DNA from: Paraspadella gotoi
Lineage: Eukaryota > Animalia > Chaetognatha
Direction: 5' to 3'
Length of the DNA stretch: 64,000 nt
Assembly (NCBI GenBank): GCA_051294375.1
Contig: CM119267.1
Span: 24,625,783-24,689,782 of the forward strand
Below the pieces are notes generated by a model that was given only the letters and a program-made list of their open reading frames with translations, did not search any database and was not told the origin of the DNA. This document shows positions 39,386 to 57,806 of the stretch, piece by piece (within the stretch, counting starts at the first letter, position 1; each line of letters starts with the position of its first letter). The position numbers were made by a program, and so were the translations under genes.

Positions 39386-39549
39386 TAATGGTCATATATT
39401 GAGGTTAAAATTAAATTCCGGAATATAAGAACAGAAATAGGACGATCTGGAAAAATAGTGCCGAAATAAGAGGGAGAGAGGAGGGGGAGGGCTTTGAGAG
39501 AGATGGGAGAAGAGTGGAGATAAATTAAGTGGAGATGACGAATTTAACA

Positions 39550-39609
<60 letters not shown>

Positions 39610-40538
39610 GAGCCAACTTAACAAAAAATTTTGTGTCCATCTGTATTTGTTGCTGTCTGACAAGCGAATTTCTTAACCTAAGAAATATCGAATATATAAA
39701 CTAGTTTGTATTGTTTCACTTACGTCAACTGTTTAAAAAACTTGTTCACATTAACCATTGGCCAATGGCCATTTTTCGAAAAGGCGATGTTCTTTACAGA
39801 GTTAGTTTCCGGCTTCACCACTAGAGTAGATAGCCCAAACAATCTTTAAACAAAAGACGTCCATAATTTTACTTTTTGGATTGTTTTTTCCATTAAATTT
39901 TATATTGATTTATTATTATTAAATAGATTAAATAAATTAAATAGATTAAATAACAATAGATAGTTCTTTTCAACATCCTAATGATTTATTCCGTATAAGA
40001 GACGTTTACAATTCACTCTGTAAAACAGAGAGATACGCTCCTAAAATTTTTCGGCGAAACCAACTAATACTATTTATCTAATTCTGATACTAATACTCAA
40101 AGAGGATGTGTCTCTTCGTCTGTAACAGTTTCTTTAGGTAAAAAAAACAAACGTTCATAACTAAAAAACTTAATATTTATGTTTGATACTTCATTCTTCC
40201 AACTCTTAATGTCTTTTTTCATCGCCTTTCAACTTCTACGAAATGAGCCAGGGTCTTAATTTTAAAATTACCTTTAAAATTATCTAAATTGAGGAAGATC
40301 GCCCTGTAGCTTGTTAACATGGAAACAAAAAAAATGTGTACTTTTTCTACCGAAAACTATTGAAGTAATTCACCCTGTACTGTAGCGATTAAAATTGAAA
40401 AGAGTTCACCCTGTATCAAGACGCTCCGTCCTTCAACTCCCCCCCCCTCATTCGTTACAGCGCGATCTCTCTCCAATTTAACCATTTCTCTCTTTATCGC
40501 TACAGGGTAATCCTCTTAAAAATTCTATTCGTATACAG

Positions 40539-45603
<5,065 letters not shown>

Positions 45604-45734
45604 GTTAGTCTTTTTTTTCTTCTCGTTTTCATGTCGGTTCGACGCGTGGTGGCTCTGTAGGTAGATGGCGCCTTTACTGCGACCCCCCCGCTTTTCAGTT
45701 GCGCCGCTTGAGCTCGACGAGCGACTCTATCGTA

Positions 45735-46010
45735 AGTCTTTTTTTTCGCGTCGGTCGGTCGGGTTCGGTCGCGTCGCGTCTGTCGGTCGGTCGGTTCGGT
45801 CGGGTTCGGTCGGTCGGTCGGTCGGTCGGTCGGTCGGTCGGTCGGTCGGTCGGTCGGTCGGTCGGTCGGTCGGTCGGTCGGTCGGGTGTCGGTCGGTCGG
45901 GTCGGTCGGTCGGTCGGTCGGTGGTCGTGTCGGTGTCGGTCGGTCGTCGTCGGTCGGTCGTCGTCGGTCGGTCGGTCGGTCGGTCGGTCGGTCGGTCGGT
46001 CGGGTCGGTG
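45735..46010. repeat. (GTCG)n microsatellite, probably HINE-derived
   Basis: About 270 bp of gtcg repeats preceded by a degenerate version of the HINE terminal palindrome. Confidence 0.85.
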
Positions 46011-46687
46011 TACGTCCCTCCGATCTTTTCCCCACACCTACTTTTTTGAAAATGCTGATAACTCATCATTTCAGATAATATTTAATTTGTAAATGTTTCA
46101 TACTTGATCACATGACTAGAAAAGGAATATCTTTATAATTGATATAATTCGGAGTCAATATAGTTAATACTTGGAGGTAAAGCATCATCTAAGGCTAGTT
46201 ATGCAATATGCATATGTGTTTCATATGTGTTCATATAATTTTCATCATGGCGAAGTCGCATGATCTTCCGGCAATACGCGAAATAGCAAATTTAATGCGG
46301 CACCTGACATAATAAATATTAAATAATTCCAAAAATCCTTGAAAAAAAAGAAACTTACTAGTAAGTATAACAAGAACGGTCCTCTATGTAATGGTTGCTC
46401 AGCAGTGGCTTTCCCTTTACGTTATTCCCGGTGATCGTTGATCGGAATTCGATCTTTTATTTTTCGTATTTCTTTTAAAAACAAAAGGAAGCGATACCAG
46501 TCCCAGATTCAAGGTTCAGCAAAATCAACAAAAGAGCATCCGAATTTAAACCGCATATTTTTGCTCCGCGGCGCAACTAAAATTTTAAACGAGAATGTCT
46601 TGGAAATTAAAAGGGAAAATGTCATCGTAAATATCATTATCACAATCGTTATCATCAACGATCACTTTGTCATTAACTCTTCTTAAG

Positions 46688-47071
46688 CGACTTTCGCTGT
46701 GACATCAAAGACTTACCCTCCGATACCTGAGAAGCCGCCTACGAAGCCGGCCGCCGCACCGAGGCCGCCGGCGCCGCCGCCTCAGCCGCCACCGACGCCG
46801 CCTCCTCCGCCGCCGACGCCGCCGCCGCCGCCGCCAACGACCAAACCAGGACCGACATCAAAGCCGAAACCGACAACTAAAGAGAAACCGACAACTAAAG
46901 AGAAACCGACAACTAAGCCGCCTAAGACGACACCGAAGCCGAAGACGACACCGAAGCCGAAGACAACGAAGGCGCCGGGACCGACAAAGGCGCCGTCGAC
47001 AACGAAGGCATCGGGAACGACAGCGGCGCCGGGGACAACTGGAGCGCCACCGGCGGCGGCGCCGGGGAAAC
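46688..47071 (+). CDS. Pro/Thr/Lys-rich mucin-like stalk exon
   Basis: Phase-1 acceptor tcttcttaAG and phase-1 donor AAAC|gtgaat; encodes TSKTYPPIPEKPPTKP...PTTKEKPTTK...TTAAPGTTGAPP. No start codon or signal peptide found in frame upstream. Confidence 0.75.
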
Positions 47072-47396
47072 GTGAATGAAATTGACCATTTGTTTTTTCA
47101 AAACTTTTTCATATTAATTTGGTTCGGTTTTTTGTTTATTTTGGTCTGCTTCCCTCTCGCTCTCTCACTCATTTTCACTCTTACTCTTTCTCTCTCATCT
47201 CTCGTTCCTTTCTCCCTCTCTGTGTCTCTCTCACTCACTCACTCTCTCTCCCTCTCTCTCCATCTCTCTCTGTCTCTTTCTCTCTCACTCCCTCTCTTCT
47301 CTTTCCCTCCTTCTCATTCTCCCTCTCTCTCTCTCTCTTTCTCTCTCTCCCTTTCTCTCTCTATCTCTCTCTCTCTCTCTATCTCCCTCTCCCCAG

Positions 47397-49353
47397 CCTG
47401 TCCCTCTATGGAAACAAAAGGGAAGTCATCTGAAAATCTCGTCTACCATCCTGGAAAAAGAAAGAAATTTTGTTACCTTTTTTCCAAAGACGCAAGGAAT
47501 TGGCCAGAAGCGCAGAAGTTCTGCCAGAGCATGGTACGCTGAATATTTGTTCTTGCTACACAGGATCAACGAGGCCTGCGCCGTGAAATGTACTCGCTCT
47601 CTGTCTGTCTTATTCATGTGGCGCGCATGCGCAGTGCGCACACAATGTATTGCGCTCACATACAATTGAACCCATCGTATTCCGTCCACATAAGCTTGCG
47701 ACCACGTAAGATAGCGCCCACGTAACTCGCTCTCTGTCTGTCTTATTCACGTACACTTTTATTTGGTGGCGCGCATGCGCAGTGCGCACACGATGCATTG
47801 CGCTCACATACAATTGAACCCATCGTATTCCGTCCACGTAAGCTTGCGACAACGTAAGATAGCGCCCACGTGACCCACTTTTCATCCTGATGGAACCCTT
47901 TTATTTACCTAAGTTAAACTAAATTATTTGTATGTTGCTATCATCGCAGGAGTATCAAGCCACCAAAAGCAAATCGAATCGGATTAATTAATTTTTTAAT
48001 TAATTCTAGGGTGGACGATTGGCCGAGTTCGATCGAGTCATCGATTTCCAAGAAATAGAAAAAATGACGATGGGATTCGGTGAGATAATGTCTAAAGGTA
48101 GGTTCTAACTAGTCTCTCATCAGGGAAAAGAGGTAAGTAGGGTAAGGAATATATTGGTAATAGGTAAGTAACTATAACAAAGGGAACAAGGGTACATAAA
48201 AGGGAGAGAAGGGAGAGGGAAGGTTTTCAGACCCCGAGACCGAGAGGAGAAGTTGAGAGAGTGAGTCCGATCTCCAAGACTCTATCCGTGACTCCGGGGA
48301 TGAAGAGGAGGGGACGACGAGGGGAGGAGGAGGCGTTGAGAGGGGGAAGAGAAGGCCCGGGGGAGAGAGAGGTTCTGGCGGTAAGGTGAGCCTCTATCTT
48401 GGTTGTGATTGTCTGTGATACACGGAAACGCGGGGATTATCACCAACTGACGTAACGGACTCCGGATCATCAGTAATCGTCTCCTGTCGTTGACACGTTT
48501 AAACCAGTCCCGTCACTTTTAAGACGGAACCGGGATGGTTAGGGATTTGAATTCGGAACGCCCGCTAGATGTCGGTACACTCGCTCTTTTATTTCGATGT
48601 CATTAACTCACGACCACTGACGTAAATTTTCTCTCCCTAATTCCTACAGGCGTCAAGTTATTTCTCGTCGGCGCGATCCGCTACAAATTCGAAGGATGGA
48701 AAACGAAAACTAGTCAGTCAGTCAGTCCGTCCCTCCGTCCGTCTATCATCCGTCCGTACGTCAGTTCCCTTTGTCAGTCCCTCCGTCCTCTCGGTAGACA
48801 ATCGAAGATTAAATGGGCTCCTTGAACGTTCCATCCATCCCTCCTCCCCCAACCCCACACTTCTCCTACCCCTCCACCCCCCCTACGGGGCCACGCCCAC
48901 CTCGAAAGGCGACTTCCGGTGGATTTCCGACAACGCCTCCGTCACTCTTTCCGATTTGGGAATTTTCGACGGCGACGACAAAGATTCTTTGAAAAAACTT
49001 CAGCCCGACGAAGACAAGAAGCGTGAGAGAATTACGGGGGGCGACTGTCCGTGATTAATACTTATCAATACTTATCAATACTTATAAATACTTATCAACA
49101 CTTATCAGCCCGACGAAGACAAGAAGCGTAAGAGAATTATGGGGCGACCTGTCCGTTTGTACGTCGGTCCTTTTTTTCTTATTTTGTCCGTCCGTCCGTG
49201 TTTTCTTGTCGCTTTGTTTTCTGTCCGTAAGGACATCGTATTGTCCCTCCATCTATGTCTCTATTTAAGTATTTTTATTGTCCTTCTTTTTGTCTTTTCT
49301 GTTCGTCAGGCTGTTTGTTTAGACATTCATCTATGCGCCCGTCTGTATCTCTC

Positions 49354-49387
<34 letters not shown>

Positions 49388-49675
49388 CGCTCAAAGATTA
49401 TTTTCTCTTTGGTTATTGGTTTCGTTTTTTCCGCTTTATTTTTCAATGAATTTTCATGGACCAAATTTAAACAAATCTTTTCTATCTTTCCTTATCTAGC
49501 TTTACCTCTCTACCTATCTATCTATCTATCTATCTATCTCCGACCCACTTTATTCCAGGCGGAACTGACCGGAAACACTTCTCTCTCTGCAATTACGGGA
49601 GAGGCACTTGGCTGACCAACCAATGCGTTCGCGACAGCAAAGCGAGAGAAGCCTTTTTGTGCCAAGGATCGAAAA
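47397..49675 (+). CDS. C-type lectin domain (long form, QPD motif)
   Basis: Exons 47397-47533, 48010-48079, 48650-48712, 48909-49022, 49559-49675 splice in phase: CP...FCYLFSKDARNWPEAQKFCQSMGGRLAE...FLVG...FRW...LQPDE...SLC...WLTNQC...AFLCQ. Confidence 0.85.
47590..47872. repeat. Tandem duplication of a ~140-bp palindrome-rich unit (MITE-like)
   Basis: Two copies of actcgctctctgtctgtcttattca...gcgcatgcgcagtgcgcac...gatagcgcccacgt. Confidence 0.75.
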
Positions 49676-49939
49676 GTATTTATGTCGTCGTCGTCGTCGN
49701 NNNNNNNNNNNNNNNNNNNNNNNNTGTTTTATGTTGTTGTTTGTCGTTGTTGTTGTCGTTGTTGTAATGTCGGGGCGGGATGGGGATTTCAATTTTTCTT
49801 CTAATTTACGTAAATCTCTCTCTCTCTCTCTCCTCTTCTCTCTCTCTCTCTGCTCTCTCTCTCATTTCTTCTTCTCTCTCATCTCTTCATCTCTCGTCTC
49901 TCATCTTCTCTTTCTCTTCTCTCTCTCTCCTATCTCAAG

Positions 49940-52455
49940 TTCCTCTTTGACTGAAAAAGAGAAGGAGAAATTCGAGAATGCAAATCAGAAATCTTCTCTG
50001 GGTTTCGAGAAGTATTACGTTTGTGAGTTAATTCGTCGATCAGTTTTCATATCTAGATATAGATTTAGCTAATCAAGTTATTCAATCAATCGATCATCAG
50101 TCACTTTATTTATTAAATCAATCAATTAATCAATCAAAAAAATCGGCAAAATCATCTTTGATCTTTAATTAAAATTGATCTATCACTCAAGATCAATGCC
50201 ACATTTTTTTTTTAACAAGATTGGAATTGAAAGAAAAAGGAAGATATGTGCAAAGCGCCGAAGTAAATTTTAGGGAGAGGATGATGTGATAGATATGAAT
50301 AGCGTATGAGGAGAATTGTGATATGTATGGTCAGGTAAGGGTTGTAGTATGGTCAAGCGCTATAAAGGCGAGTGAAGGTTTGAAGGCAAGCTATGAGGAG
50401 AAGTGAAATGTATAGATATGTCAACGTTATGTAAGGGGAATGAGGTGATAGTGCAAAGCACTGTAAGGAGGGGATAAATGAATATGATATTGCCAAAAAG
50501 CCGCGCTAGAAGGAGGAGGAAATGTGAATATTGCTAAGGCATACGGAGAGGGGATGAATGGATTGATATGGCAAAGCGTAAAGGGGAAGATGAAAATTGT
50601 CTAGATTGTAAAGGAAAGAGGTGATGATTGATACAGCGCATGAAGGGGGGAATGAAAATGAGATATGATATGTGCAAAGCACGTAGACGATATGGTAATA
50701 TGAAGTAGTAAGGATGGAGGATGGAAAATGTATGATTGAAAACTATGTAAGGAACGAGGATGATGGTTGTTTGCGCCTAGTAAGGGCGGGGGATGAGAAG
50801 TGCAAACGTATTCAAGGACGGTAAGTTAGTAGCGGTGCAAAATCCCACATGGTCATTAAGCGGAAGCATCTAATCAGATGATAAGTTGAGGATTCATCTT
50901 AAAAAATCCGCAGTGAAGCGATAATTTTGGGTGTTTTTTTTTTTTTCTATTTTTGGGTTTGTTTTTTTTTTCTATGTTTGGTTTGTTTTTTTTTTTCTAA
51001 TTTTTTGGGTTTTGTTTTGTTTTTTTCTATTTTTGGGTTTTTTTTTTCTATTTTTGGGTTTGTTTTTTTCTATTTTTGGGTTTTTTTTTTTTTGTTTTTT
51101 TTCTATTTGGGTTGTTTTTGTTTTTTTGGGGTTTTTTTCTATTTTTGGTTTGTTTTTTTTTCTATTTTTGGGTTTTTTTTTTTTCTATTTTTGGTTTTTT
51201 TTGGGTTTTGTTTTTTTCTATTTTTGGTTTTGTTTTTTTTTCTATTTTTGGGGTTTTTTTTTTTGTTTTTTTTTCTATTTTTGGGTTTTTTTCTATTTTT
51301 GGTTTTTTTTCTATTTTTGGTTTGTTTTTTTTTTCTATTTAAACTCATTTATACTTATACGATTTCATCGAAACTTGATTTCCAGCTATTACCCCAGTTC
51401 CTTAACCACATACATAATTTAAAGTTAAATCGCCCGATCCACTTATGAGTAAATTGTATTTCACTGGCTAAGAATAGATGGATAAGACAAACAGACAGAC
51501 AGACTTGACCAGGGACAGAATGAACGATATGACATTTTTTTAGCATAATCTTTTCGAATTTGGATGTTCTGAGATGATCTGTAATGATTTACCATCAAGA
51601 TTTTGGGGTGGGACTGGACGGACAATCAAAAATGGAATAGAGCCGGAATCTGAGAGGTATATAAGAAGATCCAGCTAATAATGTTTAAATAAACGCGAAT
51701 TAAAGTGGATTAACCAATATAAAATTAATTATTTATTCAATCATAAATTGTTCCCCGAATTTTTGGCAAGCTGTTATAGTTTGATATAACGTCACAGAGG
51801 AAGAGCGTGTCTCTATTGAAAATTAAGATTTTAAATTAATTTATGATGAAATGACGCTTAATAGCAAATAATAGTAATAATATAATATACTACGACATCT
51901 CGTTTTTTGTTCTTTGGCCAAGCGCGTGCGATGGTGGCCAGTGCGATTTCTTACAAAAGATTTGGGAATTTGGGAAGTATATTTTCGACAAACGGAAGAA
52001 TGTGAGACTGTGGAATAAGTGATCCGCTTAACTGACTCGTTGTAATTTAAAAGTTTATATTTAAAAATATTGTGAAAAAATTATTGAAATTGCCAATTGA
52101 TCCATTTTCAAATAAACAATCAAAAAAGTAAAATTTTTATTTTATTTGCTTAAAACTTCATATATATATTGTTTTAAGAACTTGTAATTGAAAAAAACGT
52201 GTTCTTTTTTTATTTTGCTCGAAAAGTGAAGCACGCGACCAGACTCAAATCCCGCGGAGAAAATTGGGAACAAATTGGCGGACATAATGGACTTCATTGG
52301 GAGTGGTGAAGTCTTTGATGTGAAATGGTGAGAATTCGGGAAAAATGTGATTTAAAATGGTAAGTGTGATAATGTAGTTTGGGAATTGGTTTTGAGCTTT
52401 TTTGATTTTAAGTAATGATTTAATCTCTACCTATAACGATATTTATTTCTTTGTC

Positions 52456-52486
<31 letters not shown>

Positions 52487-52777
52487 ATTATTATTATTAT
52501 ATTAATTATTATTAGTTATATTATATATTATTATTATTATGCATAATATTAATTTTTACATATCATTTTTATTTTTTAAATTTTGATAATTTATATACAT
52601 TAGATTATTTATAATCCCTGGACTCACAATGGGCCCAAGGACGGGTGCTCGGGGGAAAGGTATCTCGCTTCGGACGATGGGATTAACAAACACTAACAAT
52701 TTTTTGTAAGATAAGGACTTTGTTTTTTGCGGTGCAAGAAGACTTGGCGGCCATGAAGTGAGAGAGAGGAGAGAGAG

Positions 52778-52853
<76 letters not shown>

Positions 52854-54745
52854 CTTTTCACTCATCCCCACACGCTGTCTCAATGTTTTTAAATCCAGTT
52901 TTCGTTCTGCTGGATAATTTGGGAAGGAATACATCACGAGCCCAAAGTAAAGATTAAGATTATTAATTTATTTAAATTATTAAAAGTTCAACCTATATAC
53001 TTCCATTTCCTTTCCTATCCTCCATCCACTTTCTCTCTCTCTCTCCTCTCTCTTTCTCTCTCTCTCTCTCTCGTCTCTCTCTCTCTCCTCTCCTCTCTCT
53101 CTCTCTCCCCTACGCTCTCCACCCCTCTCCCCCTGTAACCAAGCCTCGTCGCCATGGCGCGACTTTTCAGAAATTATCTCCGATCGGGGCTGAAAAGAAG
53201 AAACTGTCGACCGACGGAAAAGCCGATCGAGGGCGCGAAAAAAGTTGCCCGTCTGCAGAAGGGAAAAGAGCGGTCCGTATCTTAATCAATCCGTGGGAAT
53301 GGAAATTATGCAAAAACATTTTAGTAAGGTTATTTATTAATTTTTGATCCTCGTCAGTAAATTAAGTTATAATATGCTCTTTAATATTTTTGTGAAGAGG
53401 TCATTATTATCATCGCATCATCTGGCGAATCCTTTGTTCAATCAAATTGCATCATCATCTGCATCATTGTCTTTAGTATCATTAGTATCGCCGCAAATCA
53501 ATACCCGAGCTATGATCTCTCGCAATCAAACTGTACATTCACATATCTGCGTCAATCAACCATCTCTATCTCAGATTATCTGGAGGGCTCCAAAGATTGG
53601 CGAGTCAAGTCGAGCGACGTCAGCCTTCGTCGTCTCGAACAAAATCGGCCGTCGGTCGCCCCTTTAACGAGGATCTAATGGCATACGAGGGTTGCAGAAA
53701 GGGGAGGGAGGAAGGGGGAGAAGGGGAGGGAGGAAGGGAGGGAAGGATAGGGGGAGAAGGGAGAGGGAGATGAGAGAGCGTTGGAAGAGAAAAGGAGAAT
53801 GGAAGGGAAAGTGAGAAGGAAAAGATAAGTAAAAATTGGTTGTATTCTCCATCCCTCCCATTTACGCTTGATGTTGTGAATTCTCCATCCCTCCATACCT
53901 TGATGTTGTATTTCATCCATCCCTCCAGCCATTCAACGGCCCTCCCCGGTATGTGTGATAAACTCTGGGGCTGGAGTCACGTCGACGCGGAAGCTGCGAC
54001 TCGGCGCTTCCGTCGCCATTTTGTATTTTGGCCTTCATCGGTGAGAGTCGTCGTCGTCTAGTCGTCGTCGTCGCTGAAGCACACTCTATAGTTACTTTTC
54101 GGTCGGTCGGTCGTGTCTGTGGCCATTTAGTCACTGTCCTACTTACGTTAAAAATGCTCATAACTTGGCATATATTTGTTAATAATCCTAAGGACTGCTA
54201 GCGCCGCCTTAGTAAAAATCCTAAAACTATAAGAAATAAAAGACGGTAACTCCAATGCAGTTACGTATCATAATTAAATACTATAAATATTTGTTTAAGA
54301 TAAATTTAATTGTCAATTAGAGTCCATGTGAATCACGAGGGAAATATACGTGAAAAGAAAGTCACTGTGCGGGCGCAAACATTGGGTGGACCATTCTTGT
54401 TTTTTATTGATTGTTTTTTTTTTTCTTTCCAGTTTTGGAAGTTTTTTTTCTAGTTTTTGTTTCTCAACCGAAAACAACGTCGCCGAACTCAGAGAAGCGG
54501 AGGAGAAGAAGGGTGACAGTTTATTTTTAAAGCTTAAATAAATATATCCATTTGTGACATTGATAAAAATCGTTCAGAATCTAGTGCGACTAAGAAGAAT
54601 TACAGAAAAGAGGCAAAAGCTTTACCTGTACAACGAAACAGAGGAAAAGGTCTTGATCCTTTTTTAATTTATTTTTTTTTAAAACGAATTTACGAAAATT
54701 GGAAGTGACAAAAGAGGAGAAAGAGGCGTGCCCATGCGTAGATAG
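49940..54745 (+). CDS. Tetraspanin 3' exons (Cys-rich module, end of EC2, TM4, tail), copy 1, indel-noisy
   Basis: Exons at 49940-50022, ~51920-52000, ~52605-52757, ~53143-53325, ~53573-53690, 53929-54040, 54433-54512, ~54590-54650, homologous to the cleaner copy 2; many 1-nt indels. Confidence 0.55.
54070..54378 (+). mobile_element. Helentron/HINE-like element, copy (duplicated at 61650-61943)
   Basis: actctatagttacttttcggtcggtc start, gcgccgcctt...atcctaaaact core, gaaatatacgtgaaaagaaagtcactg end. Confidence 0.6.
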
Positions 54746-56274
54746 CCTCCCAGTGTTTCTAAAAAAAATATTTTGTCAGTTGTCTTGATTTCCGTAACTT
54801 CGGTACCCTGCGGGTAGGCTTGCTACAGGCCTGTCAACTTTTGGCAAAAGAGCGTTCGACCTAGGGCTTAGACACTAGTTCGGGAGATAAAAGCGTTAAG
54901 AGGGCGCTGATGAAAGGAAAAGTTGTGGGCGGCGAAGTGGGATCCCTCCGTAACTTCTGTGCGCCCTTAGCAGGGCAATGGAACGATTAGTGGGCTTGGA
55001 GCCAAGGCTTGAGGGTTTTCCACGCCCTAGAATGATGATTTAGGTACGTTAGATACCGAGTTTTTTAAATTTCTTTTGAAAAAAAATTAAAACTGATCAT
55101 TTGTTTTATTGTGTTTTATGAATTAGCAATGATTGAATGACATGTTTAAGAGAAATAAATACAACAACGGAACAGAAGTCAAAGTCAAACGTCGACAAAG
55201 AAAATGAGTTTGAATTCGTCTTTAATTTTTTTTTTTTTGTAGTTAATATTTTGTTTCTTTCTTTTTTTTTTAACAAATGTTTTTGTTAAATTTTTTTTTC
55301 GAAACTTTAAAACATTTTTGGCTAAAAACTTAAAAATTTTTAATTAGGTTGTTTTGAAATGAAAAAATTAGGTTAATTTTGCGGATAGGGATAAACTGGT
55401 TAGCGATTCGGGTTGGGATTAGGGTTAGAACCTTTAGGGTTAGGAAACTAGGTAGGGTATTCAGGGATTTGTTAAGAAGATTAGGGTTCAATAATTTATG
55501 GGTAAAATTAAGTTTAGGAATTAGGAACAGAAGTTAGGCTTTACGGAAAATTGAGCAAAATTTCCAAAGAAATCCATGAATCCTATGTAAATGTAAATAG
55601 AAAAATGTATGAATAATAAGATGTTAATGTAAACAGTAAATAATGACAACTATGAAAGAGGGGTTTGGAAACTTGAGAAGCTGAAAATCCATTTTAAATT
55701 TGGTCGAGTTTATCTTCTTATCGTGGATGTACACGATTCTATCATAGCTAGTGTTGCGATCACTGACGCCTTGTGGTTTAATTGACCGACTTAAAAAAAA
55801 TTAATATTACGTTTTATGGCAGTCAATAAAAATACAAAAAGGGTCTCGTATTAGCATGGTTCGGTTTGCACCGTACGATTTTTTAACATACCTGTATAAG
55901 TCCTATATTTCGTTATTGGAAAAAATAAGGTTTGTAAAAAAGAATGGTAATGTCAAAATAGACATATCGGGCAAACGGCACATGAAATACTCACAAATTC
56001 ACCGTCACAAACGAGAGCGAGGTGATTTTGAAAAAATAAAATAAAAATTACTGTGGATGTATAAAATTTTTTAAAAAAGTCAAAACATTTAATTTTTTTT
56101 ATTTTATTTTCTTTCCTCTTTTTTCCTTTTCATAATCCTCTCCCTTTTCTCTCTCTCGTGCTCTCTCTTCTTATCTGTCTTTCCTCACATCCTCCGTTGC
56201 CCCTCTATTCTCTCTCTCTCCCTATGCAGTCTCGCCTCACGCACTCCCTCCCCATCAACTCTCCATCCTCACCC

Positions 56275-57732
56275 TCAGTCTCCTCCATCAATTCCTCCCT
56301 GCCACTTCGCGCCGCATCTTTTGTCTTCCGCGAAATTTCTTTGCAGTTCATTCCGAAATCCTACGAAGGCAAGGGCGATGGTGATGAAATGAGGGCGATA
56401 GATGGCGGGACTAGAGAACGTGGGGGCGTGACCCGGTAGAGGGCGGGACAGAAACGGGTGGTGGATGCCCATCTGACAAAAAAGGAGGGATGGGACATAA
56501 TTTAAATTTTTATTTTTTCAAATTAATTAATGACGGGGTAAACTATGAAATGCCCGCTACATGAACTTCCTACTCGTTTAATAGAATAAGCGTTGTCTTA
56601 GTATAATAAAAATATAACATATTACGAATCAAATCAACATTAAAGAGAACGTATTATAATTAAATTATTAATTAATGATGGACAATTTTAATAATGTTGG
56701 TGCTTGAAGTGCTCAGCCCTCAAAACCAACGGGCCTCGGGTTTGAGACGACCACATTTGGGTCCGAAAACCACACTCAACTCCCTCCGTCCGCTCGAAGC
56801 CGTCTGGCGTACCAGATCTCCGGGAGTCGAATCGCCGGAGAAAAAGATGCGCTGGAAGAATTTGAGCCGCTCACCGAAGGCAAATCTGAAGAAAAGAGAG
56901 CATCTTTTTGTTTGTTTTTTTTAAGCGGACCGAGACTGGAAAGTAGAGACATCTGGTGAACAAAATAGAGAATTGATAAAAGTAACTTCTTTGTTTTCTG
57001 GAAAATTTTGTAACATGTGGAAATAATAATTTTTTTTTATCCAGGTTTTGTAGGCCATGGGTTTATTGACATTTTAAATATTCTTTCCGATATGTACCTG
57101 AGTTTTGAAATTGAAGTAGCACCAGTTCAAAAATACGCCGACGCCTGCCATCGCGACGACGAAACGACGACGACGACGACACCGATTCTGAGGTTGGAAA
57201 AAAAATTAGAAAATTAAAAAAATGTTATTTTGAAGAAAGATATCACATGCGAATTATATGTCGAGATTAAATTTTCAAAAAATTCATGACTTTTTCAAAA
57301 AAGAAGGAAAATATAATGATTTATATTTTTTTCTTTCTATCAAAATCATTTATGCTCTCTCTCTCTCTGTCTTGTTTCCGACCTCCTCTTCCCCTCTTCC
57401 CCTCCTATCCCACTCCTCCGCCTCTCGTTCTCACATTTATTGCCCTCCCTCTTCTCTCTCCTCTCCTTCTCCCTCTTATCCTCTTCCTCGTCCTATCCAT
57501 CTTACCTCTCCTTAAATCCCTCTTACCCTCTTCCTCGTCCTCCTCATCTTATACCTCTCCGTCTCACTCTTAGTCTTATCCCTCTTCCCCTCGTCCTCTT
57601 CCTCGCTTTGGCAAGATGCTTTCCTCCTCGTTTTCCTCCTTTCCGCCTCCCTACTATCCATTTGACTCCACTCATTTCTTTTTCGCGGAATCCAAAATTC
57701 GTCGATGTTCCTGAAGGAAAAAGTGGTTCTCG
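56275..57732 (-). CDS. Glycosyltransferase family 92-like gene, 3' exons (noisy; truncated at the duplication junction)
   Basis: Exons ~57732-57672 (NIDEFWIPR, resembling the GT92 DxDE motif), ~56885-56719 (FQRIFF...KC..KPEA.FE after indel correction) and 56472-56275. Cleaner terminal exon in copy 2 reads MGIHH...VPPSIALIHHHRPC..DFGMNC, matching the GT92 C-terminal H..H(Y)R.C pattern from memory. Confidence 0.6.
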
Positions 57733-57806
57733 CTGTAAATCCGACAGTTTTCGCGCGCTGTAGCTTTTCAAAAATGTGTAATTATTCTCTCTCTCTCTCT
57801 CTCAAG

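Noticed and set aside
45699-45731. 33-nt phase-1 exon IAPLELDERLY in the tetraspanin
   Set aside because: It matches the degenerate HINE terminal palindrome followed by (GTCG)n. It is symmetric, so the model works without it; at most an exonised TE.
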